From positions 55,537 through 119,536 of IMG/VR virus record IMGVR_UViG_3300044940_000489: a stretch of 64,000 bases of DNA; one strand, written 5' to 3'. Shown here piece after piece: positions 1 through 10,093 of this stretch. Below the pieces are notes generated by a model. It searched no databases. It had not been told where the DNA came from and saw only the letters and a program-made list of their open reading frames with translations. The stretch comes from a virus. How positions within the stretch are numbered: position 1 is the stretch's first letter; the number at the start of each line of letters is the position of its first letter. Both the position numbers and the translations under genes were made by a program.

Positions 1-864
1 ACTTTTTTGGCCGTGAACAACAGAGTGCGTTCCAGAGTGCAAGATGTCTTTGACTGGCATCCATCTACTAATTACTATGCCATGCCCTGCTTCTTGACCG
101 GGAATCTTGTCTCCCCTCTCATGAGCAAACCGATTGGCCATATCCCAATCGCTTGTCCAGGACGATAGCGGCGCTACAGGAATCTTGAGATGCTTATTAT
201 CGACTTCATTAGAAATATGATCGTGAGCCAAAGCATTTTTTATGTGTTTTGCATAATTGCCGCCAACCCCACGATGAACTAGTACATGAGGCTCTCCACC
301 GATATTCTTTTTTTTCAGAAAATCGTCATTCATTACGTGGCGCTGGACTTCTTGGGCATAAGCTTTTAAATGCGGCAGAATATGGGACTCAGATTCTCCT
401 GTATTGCCGCGATGATCTTTAATAGATTCATGGGCTCCTGTCAGCATTGACTTAACAGTGGCGAAATGCTTGGGGTCTACGGCCTTTTCATATCCATTCC
501 ACCAATCTGCGGCCTGCTTAAGTGGCTCATACTGCTCTGTATATTTAAAGTTGGGATGCCCCATAAACTTTTCTTGCTCATAATGAGAATCTCTAGATGC
601 ATACGCCAATCTATTTAAGGTTTCTGCACTTAGATTTTCAGGCAAATTACTAGCAAGCTCAAAAAGAAACCCGGTTCCCAAATCTGGCTTACGCTCAATC
701 CTATTTAATACCATGTTAATTGCGTATTCAGGCATTTCTCCCGAGGACGGCAGCCTTTGAAGGGCATCCCAGTTAGTTGGCAGGCGTAATGCAGTGTTTA
801 TGGCACTATCCCAATCGCCGTTTTCAATATGCTGATACATTTGTTTTTCTAAGTCTCTATACAT
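1..864 (-). CDS. Putative ADP-ribosyltransferase (R-S-E clade) domain protein, truncated by the window edge
   Basis: Not in the ORF track. ATG at 864 overlaps the previous stop (TAATG) and the frame stays open to position 1 (MYRDLEKQ...). Contains VLVHRGV, PLSSWTSDWDMANRFA and GIVISRWMPVKDIL; the catalytic Glu would lie outside the window. Confidence 0.6.
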   Translation of the reverse strand, partial: MYRDLEKQMYQHIENGDWDSAINTALRLPTNWDALQRLPSSGEMPEYAINMVLNRIERKPDLGTGFLFELASNLPENLSAETLNRLAYASRDSHYEQEKFMGHPNFKYTEQYEPLKQAADWWNGYEKAVDPKHFATVKSMLTGAHESIKDHRGNTGESESHILPHLKAYAQEVQRHVMNDDFLKKKNIGGEPHVLVHRGVGGNYAKHIKNALAHDHISNEVDNKHLKIPVAPLSSWTSDWDMANRFAHERGDKIPGQEAGHGIVISRWMPVKDILHSGTHSVVHGQKS

Positions 865-3800
865 TAGGCCCACCTGTGGGTAGAGTACTTAATTATATCA
901 TTCCATGGCATATCTATGTCAACATTTTCTACATTTTCTAGTAGATTTTTAAGCTTTTCAATTTGATCTGGGTCCAATTTTTCTTTCTTTTTGAGAGTAT
1001 CTGACCAAGTTGATTTGCCCTTAAGATATGGGTTGTGCTGCGTTTCAAGTTCGCCGTATTTAGAGGGCTTATAGCCCATCTTTTTAGGGTGCTGATTATA
1101 AGTAAATTGCATATGGGCTGGCACTGGCATAGGGAAGGATATTGGGTAAGATTCAATTTCAGATTCACTCAGTAGGGGCCGCTGCTGTCTTATAATTTCT
1201 TTTGACTTGGCTTCCCAGTTTTCTGGAGTCATGCCCTGCTGCTTAATCCAGTTTTTGGCGTGGTTGACCGTTGCCGGGGGAAGTCTATCGCCAACAGATA
1301 GATCATTATTGATTATTTTTCCAATGTCCTGTAAATTGATGTACCCGGAACTTGACATTCCTGACAGATCAGCTTTTTCTTTACTGTCCCAAATGTGAAC
1401 CTTACTGCCAACTCGATTATTGTCTCTTAAGTGCTGCAGGAACGCCTCATGGAGTATTTCATTTGGATGCTTGTTATTAAAAAGTATCTCATTTATTTTA
1501 TTATAATGCTCTTCTGGCCACTTGGCATGCGCGTTTGCGTAAGCTTGCTCGGCCTGCTGTTGGTTAATTTGGCCTGAGCTTAATGCGTCCTTTATCTGCT
1601 TTTGTGCCTGCTTGATAAATGACTGACCAAAATCAGACTGAATTTCATCTATATGTGTATTGCCTTGTTGATCTTGAGTATAGCGAACCCATCCAATAGT
1701 ATTATCAAGAACTGGATGTTTTGAGCGCTTCGATGCCTCTTGCATGTTCTTAAAAGTTCCCCAAACTCCCGACTCTTTCATCTTGTCTGCATGTTCTTTT
1801 GTGAAGTTTAACTGAAATACCTCAGATGGCTCATATGTATGGCGCTGCTCTTCCAGGGCATTCTCATATGCCTGCTCGTGCGTTACACCGTAATCGCCAG
1901 AATCGAAGTTGTCCATATGGCGATCTTTGGCCGATTGAACTTCGCGCTCATAAGAATCTTTATCTAGATACTTGTCGTCCTTCTCTGCCAAATAATCGTA
2001 ATCATCTAAATTGAAGCCGTCTTCCCAGTCTCGTCTGGCATCGTCTAGCGCCTGTTCATATTCTTCATGAGAGTCGAAGTCAGTCTCGTCAAAATCCGGC
2101 TTAAATTGTTTATTATGATATTTTTTGATTTTACCATAATCAAGAAAATCACTCTTGTGTACGCCATAATCTTCTGGATTAAAAGCTTCTAAGTGATCTG
2201 ACAGCATATCCTCAAGGTATCGAGGGCTATCTTCTGAGCCATAGCTCGTTTTACTAAAACCAAATTTCATCTTGGGCTGAGCGTCTATGTGCCTCTGAAT
2301 GTCTTCGTGATGAATATGTCCGGTGCCATCCAATAGATGCGATATTCCTAGGGCTTGCGGGGAGTGTCCGGCCAGCTCCAGATCTTTTTTGTGCATTTTC
2401 CCCTCGGAACCATTATTTATAATGTGGTCTCTTGCTGACCTAAGTTTATTAGTTCCTAAGGCAAATTCAACTTGGTTTGGATCTGTATATATTCCTCTTT
2501 CTCTTAGTTTCTTGGACAAGTGCGTCCTATAATGTGGGCTTACTTGGCGATGAGCAAGCATCAGCTGATCCTCAGTTGTTTTGGGATTGTTGCCAAGCTT
2601 AAGCCAAAACGAATCGTCTTTATAGGGATGTTTTCGGGCCAAAACAGTATTAATTGCCTTTTCAATATGTCTAGGCTCGGCATTAGGGTGATTAATAGCG
2701 TAATTGTTTGCTCTAGTGTCGCCGTGCGAAGCCAGCCAGTTGAGCTGCCAATCATCAAGATTTGCATCCTCATGCACGGGAACGCTTGAGGGTAGGGCTC
2801 CAGAGCTGGAGCTGAGTGCCTTCTGTACTTTGGCTATCCATGCAGCACGGTCCCTATCGATCGCTGGCTTTATGTGCCTGCTATGTTCTGCATTGGGGTG
2901 TATATGTATGCTTTTTCTAATATCTTCATCTGAGTGAGAAGCAATGACATCTAGTACTTCTGGAGAATACTTGCCTCGATACGTTGGATTGTCTAGAAGA
3001 TCATGTAGCCTTGCTTGAGCCTCATCTTTTTCCCAGGAAAATTCTAAATTTTTAAGCGGCTCTAATTTTTGATAAAGATCATTTAATTTACTCTCAAATA
3101 ATTCTGGATCTTGAAATGTTCTGGCTGAGTGCTCTGGCATCGGCCATCCGTTACGGACCCTTGTTGCGGCTTCGTCTTTTATTAAGTCCTCAGTCTTATA
3201 GAGGTACGCCCTTAGCTTTTTAACATCTGAAGCCATAGCCCTATTGGGATCTGGGCTACCCATAGGTTTAATAGACAGATTAACCGACGGTAATCCATTT
3301 AAGTTTTGCCAAGCCTTATGGGCGTTCTGAGATACCGCGTAGTCGCTTTCTAGTCTGCCGTGATGCGCCAAAGCAGCTGCGTATGCGAGCTTACCGTGAC
3401 CGTGCCCAGCATGTTGTGGATTTACGTGAGACTCTGTGACTATTGGTTCATTTGTGTATGGCTCGATACTAACTTGGACTCTCGCCATATGAGTATCGTG
3501 TGGATGCTTAGAATCCGAAACAGCGTGATAAAAAATAGGAGATTTTTCTGGGCCATAATGTCCAGCAAAAGTATGATGATACAATCCGTTTTTAAGCTGC
3601 TTTGAGGACACGTGTTTATACGATTTAGGTATATCGTGCCAGCCGTCAAAGGACTCTAAGTTAGTGTTCTCAACCGGTGCCTTTTGTAGCTTCTCAAACT
3701 CCATATCAAAGTCTGCATCGTCAATTGACTTTTTAAGCTTAGGGGGGCTTAGGTCAATCTGATGTCCGTGATTCTCAGATGCAGGGGCCTCTTTTAGCGC

Positions 3801-6710
3801 AGAATCGTGGCCATAAACGGGCATGCCATAGCCTTCGTTCATAATTTCCTTGGCAGACATGCGAGCGGCCACAAGATTAGCATTATGCTTCTGCTCTTTC
3901 TCTTCTGGATTCATTCTTTTAAACCCAGAACTTGATCCCTCAATGTAACTAGATACTGAAGGATAGTTCCTTAGGGCATGTGTGGGGTCTAAATTAGAAA
4001 GCCGCTGATGGTGCTCACGAAACTTTGTCGTATGGTGATCTGCTAGTTTTTGGTGCAAATCAATGGTATCTGCGTCCATCGGAACGCGCCGATCGGATAT
4101 TCCAGCCATAGGCGGATAGACTTTGGCTGCAGCTAAATTTTTATGAGCCTGAGCCAGCCAAGCGTGCGTATCCATTCCTGCTGCATGATCCTCAAGGAGT
4201 GCACCGACTGGAGTTCCAGTTGTTTTTCTTCCAATCTTTTTACGGCCCCCTTCAGTAAGGGGAAGCTCTTTATTATGGACTGGCTTAAAGCCCATAGATC
4301 TAGGCACTTTCTGGTAGCTCTCTTTATACACCGTATGCACTTTGTCAGCATTTGTGTGAGATGCCTTAGATTCTGGCGAGTGAGTGGATATTATGTTCAC
4401 TCCGTTATCTTTGGCCATCGAAATTACTTTGTTGATAAGAGCTTCTCGCCAGTTCTTATGGTAATTAATAATCTTGTTGACGTGCTCGGCCTCTTCAGAC
4501 TTATCATTTTGATCCAAATAATCTCTGGCTGCAGATCCGAAATCTGACTGAACTTCATCAATCATCCAGTGTCCTGGCTCATGAGTATCTACTCGTGCCC
4601 AAGCAATCGTATTAAGATTAGTGGGATGACCGGATCTTTGCGATACTTCTTGAATTTTTTGAAATATTTTGTACGTGTTTGGATCTGCCTTAATTGGAGC
4701 AATAGACTCATTTGAGTGGTCTAGGCGAACGACAACCTGATCTCGATTGTTAATATTCTGCATCTTACTGCCATCCCATACTCCGTAAGAAATATTATAG
4801 TTGGTTTTAGGAATGGAGTCGCGAATCTTCTGCAATTCTTGTGAGGATAGTTTTCCTTTTTCTCCAAAGATCTTTTTCCAATTATCTTTAATATTTGGAT
4901 GTATTTTATTTAAATGTCCAATATCAATAGAGCCGCCATTAGCGTCCGCATAATGCTGTGCCAATTCTAAATGATGCTGTAGATCACCGTAAGCGTGCGT
5001 ATTATTGCGATTTGGTATCAGCTCATCAAGTTTAGGTTTTAATGCAGCTTCTTTTTTAGCGGCCTCTAGGCGGGCCCTCTCTTCGGCAGTCCGTTTTTTA
5101 TTTTCAATGTGCTCATTAACAGCCGGGAGCTTATCTTTCAGATGTTCAGGGAGAAAATCATAGTCTAGGTGCGCATTCTCCATTCTTTCGTCATGCATTC
5201 TTCTGGCTATTCTAGACACATCATCGGATATTGATTCTGAATGGCCTTCATAAATTCTATCCATAGTCCGATCATCTAGGTGATCTTGTGGATTGGCACG
5301 CCTGGCCTCTAAAGCAGAATTATAGGCTTCCTGGGCCTCATCTCTTCGGGCATCATAATCGGGATGGTCTTCAATGGAGTACGTGAAATCGTCGTCATCT
5401 GTTTGCCAATTATAATTTTCAGCAAGATGATTGTTGATCCATTCGTCTTGTTCCATTCCATCCATTAGATCTGAGTCTTCTACGTTGTCTCTTATGTATT
5501 CACTTAATGGGTACTCTTCTTCTGCCTGATCTCTGGCATCTTCATAATAGTAATCATAGCTATTCTGAAAATCGTTTTGATTTTGAATCTTTGTTTTAAG
5601 CTGTTCTAAATCGTATCCGTGCTCATGGTTATCGTTTGCCCATTTATTGTGCATTTCAATTTGATGTTGTGGGTCTATATGCTTATTATGAAATAATGCC
5701 CATTTTTGCTCAAAATTGCCATGACGTTTAATATAATCAATATGTTCTGGCGTTAAATGTGGCGAATTCCTAAGTATTTCCTTAGAAATGTCCGTTTTAT
5801 ATCCAAAGCCCGGGCTCATTAAATTATAATTTGTATCCGGCGAAGAGGCCATCTCTTCCGCATCATCTATATCATATAGCTTAGCACCTTCATGCCCTAT
5901 ATATTTAGATATTATAGAATTTCTGTATGAGTGATCTTCTTCTCCAAGTAAATTTTTTGATGGTTTAATGGATGACAGTAGTTGTGGGAAAGCAGTAGCT
6001 CCTGCTTTGTTGTTATCTAGTATGTGCTTAATGTGCCTATTTTCGAGCAGATTTTTGGATGGGTCATTATGTTTTGAGTATTTATTAAGTGCTGCAACAT
6101 CATTAGATTTTAATTTGTAATTAGTATTATATATAAGATGGTCGGCCAAGTCTTTATCGAAGAGCTTATGATTAATAAATTGGGATAAATCAATGTCCTT
6201 ATCGGCACCGGTCTTAAAAATTTTAATTACATGATCTTTATTTAAGTTTTTTTGATCCGCTAGTGGAGTCAGATGCTCTCGGTAGGTTGAAATTGGAAAT
6301 GAATCATGATTATCAATTATATGATGAATTGCCTCTGAAGATATTGGATAATCATTAATAATGTGCCGCAATCTGCCTTCATCAATATCCACATGTTTTG
6401 AGGTGGGTTTAACGCCGCCTTGCGACTGCGCAATGTGCGACAAAACTTTAGCCAGAGCCAAATCATTATTTTTCTCGTTATTGTGTCTAGACTCATTTAG
6501 GTATTTTTTTAGTTGTGATATATCAAAATCGCTATGTCCGTAAGCGCCGGCCAATAAGTTGATATATTCTTTATCGGTCATTTTGTGTCGGAAATACGCC
6601 GGGATGGCAGTATCGTCTGGTTTCCAAATAGCTTCGCCACTCTTGTCTTGTAGTGTGGGGTGCTTCAATTTGGCAATATATTTTGGTTCTGGAACTTTAA
6701 ATTTAGCCAT
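864..6710 (-). CDS. Giant (1948 aa) polyvalent, probably virion-internal protein with a duplicated E(I/V)QSD module and a GNAT-like module
   Basis: Two copies of HP...NTI(A/G)W(A/V)R...IDE(V/I)QSDFG...P(R/K)xMG(F/Y)KP; GNAT motif A-like VNPQHAGHGHGKLAY; His-rich with acidic tracts; located in the structural operon. Confidence 0.7.
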   Translation of the reverse strand: MAKFKVPEPKYIAKLKHPTLQDKSGEAIWKPDDTAIPAYFRHKMTDKEYINLLAGAYGHSDFDISQLKKYLNESRHNNEKNNDLALAKVLSHIAQSQGGVKPTSKHVDIDEGRLRHIINDYPISSEAIHHIIDNHDSFPISTYREHLTPLADQKNLNKDHVIKIFKTGADKDIDLSQFINHKLFDKDLADHLIYNTNYKLKSNDVAALNKYSKHNDPSKNLLENRHIKHILDNNKAGATAFPQLLSSIKPSKNLLGEEDHSYRNSIISKYIGHEGAKLYDIDDAEEMASSPDTNYNLMSPGFGYKTDISKEILRNSPHLTPEHIDYIKRHGNFEQKWALFHNKHIDPQHQIEMHNKWANDNHEHGYDLEQLKTKIQNQNDFQNSYDYYYEDARDQAEEEYPLSEYIRDNVEDSDLMDGMEQDEWINNHLAENYNWQTDDDDFTYSIEDHPDYDARRDEAQEAYNSALEARRANPQDHLDDRTMDRIYEGHSESISDDVSRIARRMHDERMENAHLDYDFLPEHLKDKLPAVNEHIENKKRTAEERARLEAAKKEAALKPKLDELIPNRNNTHAYGDLQHHLELAQHYADANGGSIDIGHLNKIHPNIKDNWKKIFGEKGKLSSQELQKIRDSIPKTNYNISYGVWDGSKMQNINNRDQVVVRLDHSNESIAPIKADPNTYKIFQKIQEVSQRSGHPTNLNTIAWARVDTHEPGHWMIDEVQSDFGSAARDYLDQNDKSEEAEHVNKIINYHKNWREALINKVISMAKDNGVNIISTHSPESKASHTNADKVHTVYKESYQKVPRSMGFKPVHNKELPLTEGGRKKIGRKTTGTPVGALLEDHAAGMDTHAWLAQAHKNLAAAKVYPPMAGISDRRVPMDADTIDLHQKLADHHTTKFREHHQRLSNLDPTHALRNYPSVSSYIEGSSSGFKRMNPEEKEQKHNANLVAARMSAKEIMNEGYGMPVYGHDSALKEAPASENHGHQIDLSPPKLKKSIDDADFDMEFEKLQKAPVENTNLESFDGWHDIPKSYKHVSSKQLKNGLYHHTFAGHYGPEKSPIFYHAVSDSKHPHDTHMARVQVSIEPYTNEPIVTESHVNPQHAGHGHGKLAYAAALAHHGRLESDYAVSQNAHKAWQNLNGLPSVNLSIKPMGSPDPNRAMASDVKKLRAYLYKTEDLIKDEAATRVRNGWPMPEHSARTFQDPELFESKLNDLYQKLEPLKNLEFSWEKDEAQARLHDLLDNPTYRGKYSPEVLDVIASHSDEDIRKSIHIHPNAEHSRHIKPAIDRDRAAWIAKVQKALSSSSGALPSSVPVHEDANLDDWQLNWLASHGDTRANNYAINHPNAEPRHIEKAINTVLARKHPYKDDSFWLKLGNNPKTTEDQLMLAHRQVSPHYRTHLSKKLRERGIYTDPNQVEFALGTNKLRSARDHIINNGSEGKMHKKDLELAGHSPQALGISHLLDGTGHIHHEDIQRHIDAQPKMKFGFSKTSYGSEDSPRYLEDMLSDHLEAFNPEDYGVHKSDFLDYGKIKKYHNKQFKPDFDETDFDSHEEYEQALDDARRDWEDGFNLDDYDYLAEKDDKYLDKDSYEREVQSAKDRHMDNFDSGDYGVTHEQAYENALEEQRHTYEPSEVFQLNFTKEHADKMKESGVWGTFKNMQEASKRSKHPVLDNTIGWVRYTQDQQGNTHIDEIQSDFGQSFIKQAQKQIKDALSSGQINQQQAEQAYANAHAKWPEEHYNKINEILFNNKHPNEILHEAFLQHLRDNNRVGSKVHIWDSKEKADLSGMSSSGYINLQDIGKIINNDLSVGDRLPPATVNHAKNWIKQQGMTPENWEAKSKEIIRQQRPLLSESEIESYPISFPMPVPAHMQFTYNQHPKKMGYKPSKYGELETQHNPYLKGKSTWSDTLKKKEKLDPDQIEKLKNLLENVENVDIDMPWNDIIKYSTHRWA

Positions 6711-7321
6711 TATTCTTTACCAAAAGCTCTACCTAAATGATATAAAAACATGTGATCGTGGTGCCCAATTTTTTGGGCATGATCTTTAGCCTCTTGTATG
6801 GCTATTGATCTATTGTGTCTGTGCGCTTCCTGAAGTCGCCTAATTTCATCAGAGACGATTCCTAGTTCTTTATCCCACTCGCTCTTTTTAAGTTTATTAG
6901 ATTGATCTCCAAAATTAAAGTTTAACTTAAAGTGAACTGGACCTTCGTCCGTGTGCATGACAGAGTGGTCTCCATCTGGTTTTTCTTTATAAAACTGCAC
7001 TCCACTTCCATGCACAGAAGTACCAGCTTGAGGTCCATTCAAATATTTAAGTTCGTGTTTATTGTCCATTGAATGTATGACTGACTCCTGCCCTAGTTGT
7101 CTAGCCATTTCAGTCAGTCCTTTTACATTCTTTGGGTGCCTGACAAGAATAGAGCGCTCGTGCTTCCCATCATAATGACCATGCAAATCTAGTGCATCCT
7201 CTCCTGATTGCCTTAGAAACTTTACGGCCTCTTCAGTGCTGGGTACGCCGGAAGCGGTCACCTGATGCTTCGGATTTTCTACAGAGAAAATAAAATAATG
7301 TCCAGGCAATACATGCTTCAT
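6710..7321 (-). CDS. Possible SAM lyase (T3 SAMase-like) fold protein
   Basis: YFIFSVENP...GHYDGKHERSILV...MARQLGQESVI matches the GxY...ExS/T...Q(E/D)(S/C)V pattern of phage SAM lyases. Confidence 0.45.
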   Translation of the reverse strand: MKHVLPGHYFIFSVENPKHQVTASGVPSTEEAVKFLRQSGEDALDLHGHYDGKHERSILVRHPKNVKGLTEMARQLGQESVIHSMDNKHELKYLNGPQAGTSVHGSGVQFYKEKPDGDHSVMHTDEGPVHFKLNFNFGDQSNKLKKSEWDKELGIVSDEIRRLQEAHRHNRSIAIQEAKDHAQKIGHHDHMFLYHLGRAFGKE

Positions 7322-8769
7322 GGCATTTCCTCTCTGTGTACTGGAATGCTATGGAACAATGCGACCACATTAGGAAGTGTACTTTTAGAGTTGTAAAACC
7401 CGTGATAGCCTGCGTCTCTTATTTTGCCTAAAACCATGTCTGAATTGTAAGCCCCATTATTTGCGTCAACAGCCGCCTTAATGTGTCCCTCATGGTCATT
7501 TGCAAGATCATAGAGCTTATGCGTTTCAGGCAAAGTTACATGATATTTGCTTACTGCACCTTGAGTTACCAAATGCTCTGGCTCAGAATCGGCCCTATAG
7601 AAATAGCTTCTGCGTACTTCTGGAACTCCGTGCCTCGTTTCTTGGGACGGAGCGCCTGTTCCCATGTAATTGGGGTCAATCTGTTTGAGGCCCTTAACTC
7701 TTGAGAAATGTATTAAATTTACTGGAGCGGATTCGCTTCTCTGGAGCTGTTCTGTGGCCGGCCTAAAATTATTAAGCAAGAATCCAGCTTTAGGGTGATA
7801 CCTAAGCAGTCCTTCCTCAAGCATTTTAATGACCAATTGCCCCTCCGGAGAATTCCTATTATTTAAGGATTCGTGCCCATGACTGCCGCTATGCCTAACC
7901 ATTATATCGCTAATTGGCTTATTTTTCAAATATTTAGATTGATCTTCTTTAACGTATGGCGTAACTAGATGTTTGTGATCGTGATAGGCTTTAGACCAAT
8001 GTGGACGACTATCTTCTAGTAAATGTTGGACAAGATTTAGCTCTGCGTTTCCTCGCCCTGGATAGCCACTTTGTCCTGCAGGATTGCCATTGCCGCTTCG
8101 ATCTCTTCCTCGCTCCAAATCATATTCAAGTCCTGGCCGTAAGCCTCTACTACGGATCGGATCTCTTCCTTGGTCATCTCTGATACTTTTTTGGACATTT
8201 GGTGACTCCTTTATATTAAAAATGAAGTCTGTTGGTCCTGTAGCAAGTCCGTGCCGCTGCTTAGCCGTAATCTTCAGTTGATTGGGCTTGCTTGTATCTA
8301 TATTAAAGTTATCATCGTTTAAAAGCAAGCTTTTTAGGTGTCTGGCTCTCAAAACGTGACGGTTCTTTTCGCGGTCATGGGTCGGTATAACGTGCCTATT
8401 GGGGTCTTTTTGTATTCTTTGAATTACTGCTTCCATAGCTTTTTTATGCTGCGGAGTAGGCATTTTATTCAGCACGGATTGTATCAATTTGGGATCATTA
8501 ATATACTTATCGTGATTGCTTGCAATTTCTGGTCCATGTTGCCATACCCACTGATTGTTCCAGCGGACAGACTCATACCCTTTGGTGGGATGAGTTTGCT
8601 GGGCCCCAGTTGGGAATTCTCCCGCTTTTTCTAATGGCTCTTCTTCGTAAAGCGAAATTATGACTTTTGTCGTATAATTTTTTTTTATAGGCTCAGGCCT
8701 GTTGACTTCTTGTGCGGCCAACTCTTGTAGTTTCTTAATTTTAAGAATAAGATCCCGCACGTTCGCCAT
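7318..8769 (-). CDS. Virion-associated protein with C-terminal ART-PolyVal-like domain
   Basis: C-terminal LIHFS...RSYFY...YHVTL...LYDL...IRDAGYHGF...VVALF pattern; ATGA overlap with the downstream gene. Confidence 0.5.
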   Translation of the reverse strand: MANVRDLILKIKKLQELAAQEVNRPEPIKKNYTTKVIISLYEEEPLEKAGEFPTGAQQTHPTKGYESVRWNNQWVWQHGPEIASNHDKYINDPKLIQSVLNKMPTPQHKKAMEAVIQRIQKDPNRHVIPTHDREKNRHVLRARHLKSLLLNDDNFNIDTSKPNQLKITAKQRHGLATGPTDFIFNIKESPNVQKSIRDDQGRDPIRSRGLRPGLEYDLERGRDRSGNGNPAGQSGYPGRGNAELNLVQHLLEDSRPHWSKAYHDHKHLVTPYVKEDQSKYLKNKPISDIMVRHSGSHGHESLNNRNSPEGQLVIKMLEEGLLRYHPKAGFLLNNFRPATEQLQRSESAPVNLIHFSRVKGLKQIDPNYMGTGAPSQETRHGVPEVRRSYFYRADSEPEHLVTQGAVSKYHVTLPETHKLYDLANDHEGHIKAAVDANNGAYNSDMVLGKIRDAGYHGFYNSKSTLPNVVALFHSIPVHREEMP

Positions 8770-8779
8770 GGCCTGTCTC

Positions 8780-9661
8780 TTAAATATGTGACATGAAAAT
8801 TTTGCTACCGAAGTAAGATTTGATACTTTGCTCCAGCTCTGCGATTTGCTTCTCTAGATCCTGTGCCCTCAGTGCGAACTGCTGGTTTCCCGGTCCACCC
8901 AAAGACTGAGAGGCCCCATCAATTCCGATGCTTTTAGAGTTATATTTATTAGTCGGCCCCAGCATGCTCAATATCATGAGAGCGGCTCGATATCCAATCA
9001 AGTTATTAATAGGCCCAGGTACGGCATTATCGTCAAATCCAGTGGTGAACTTTACATACCAGAAGGCTGGCATAAATCTTAATTGCTGAAATACAGTTAG
9101 AAGTGCTGCTGCTGCTCCATTATAAGAACCAACCTGCCCAACTCCTGTATAAGATGTTTGCAGAGGAATCGTATGTATTACGCCTTTATGGCCCATGCTG
9201 TCAATATCAAGCCATGCAAGGGGCATTCTGTAAATAAGTTTACCGTCTTCTTCGCCAGCTGCAGGGGATGAGTTCTCAGTAGATTCGCTCTCTACCGTTC
9301 TAATGGATACTTCTTCAATAGAATAAATATTGGGGTATCCTAAGTCTAATTGGCCAAAGCCTTGGGACCACTTAGTTCTATCAAACTCAAGCCTTACTGC
9401 TCTCTGCGTTTGAAAAATATCAACTTTACACCGAAGCTCTACTTCGCCAGCTGCTTTTCGGATGATCGATTTAAGAGTGTCATCCGACATTACTTCACCT
9501 GTCAATGGCGACTTAAGTGGAATTCCAAAAAGAAATTCTGCCTTGAGCCTCTCTGGCGAAAGGAAGCTCTCTGCTCGCGAATAGCCACCGGCTCCGCCAT
9601 CGGTAGCCCTGGATGGCCAAGCACTGGCAATTCTTTTCTTGCTTTTAGAATAGTCAGCCAT
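8780..9661 (-). CDS. Putative neck / head-completion protein
   Basis: FLFGIPL...A.GEVEL, FTTGF...VPxxINxLIG and SIGIDGASQS resemble post-capsid neck proteins of SPO1/Twort-like myoviruses; GGAG RBS. Confidence 0.6.
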   Translation of the reverse strand: MADYSKSKKRIASAWPSRATDGGAGGYSRAESFLSPERLKAEFLFGIPLKSPLTGEVMSDDTLKSIIRKAAGEVELRCKVDIFQTQRAVRLEFDRTKWSQGFGQLDLGYPNIYSIEEVSIRTVESESTENSSPAAGEEDGKLIYRMPLAWLDIDSMGHKGVIHTIPLQTSYTGVGQVGSYNGAAAALLTVFQQLRFMPAFWYVKFTTGFDDNAVPGPINNLIGYRAALMILSMLGPTNKYNSKSIGIDGASQSLGGPGNQQFALRAQDLEKQIAELEQSIKSYFGSKIFMSHI

Positions 9662-9670
9662 TTAGGCTCC

Positions 9671-10084
9671 TTAGCACTGGTATCGAGAATTATCGGAATT
9701 AGAAACTAGTATAACTTGTTGTCCAAGGCCTTTTTTGATGTTTGAGCCTTCGGTTAGTGTAATCCTAAGATTTGTTCCGCCAAGAGATTGCGTTTCTAGT
9801 GCAGTAAGCGAAAACTCCCAGATTGATGGATCTAGTGAGAATGGCTGTGTGGCGGATTTAGTCACTGTACCCGCAGAGTCAACGGATTGGATAACGGCTT
9901 CCAAAGTAGCCCCAGAAGCTGGCATATATCGGTCGCCAAGAAGATTCTGCTGCCTAACAGTATCCAGATCAACTAGCTGGAACCTAACCGTTGCAGTCTC
10001 ACCCGTCTCAATCGATAGTTGATTAAGATACTTTAAATTATTAATCGTAGACGCGCTATCTATGATTCTTAATCCTAATTTCAT
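9671..10084 (-). CDS. Putative virion structural protein (beta-rich)
   Basis: 137-aa ORF co-oriented in the structural operon. Confidence 0.55.
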   Translation of the reverse strand: MKLGLRIIDSASTINNLKYLNQLSIETGETATVRFQLVDLDTVRQQNLLGDRYMPASGATLEAVIQSVDSAGTVTKSATQPFSLDPSIWEFSLTALETQSLGGTNLRITLTEGSNIKKGLGQQVILVSNSDNSRYQC

Positions 10085-10093
10085 GAATTCCGC

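Noticed and set aside
9370-9390. GATAGAACTAA on the minus strand resembling the element left end
   Set aside because: Lies inside the neck gene (FDRTK), is not preceded by TTAT and has no hairpin.
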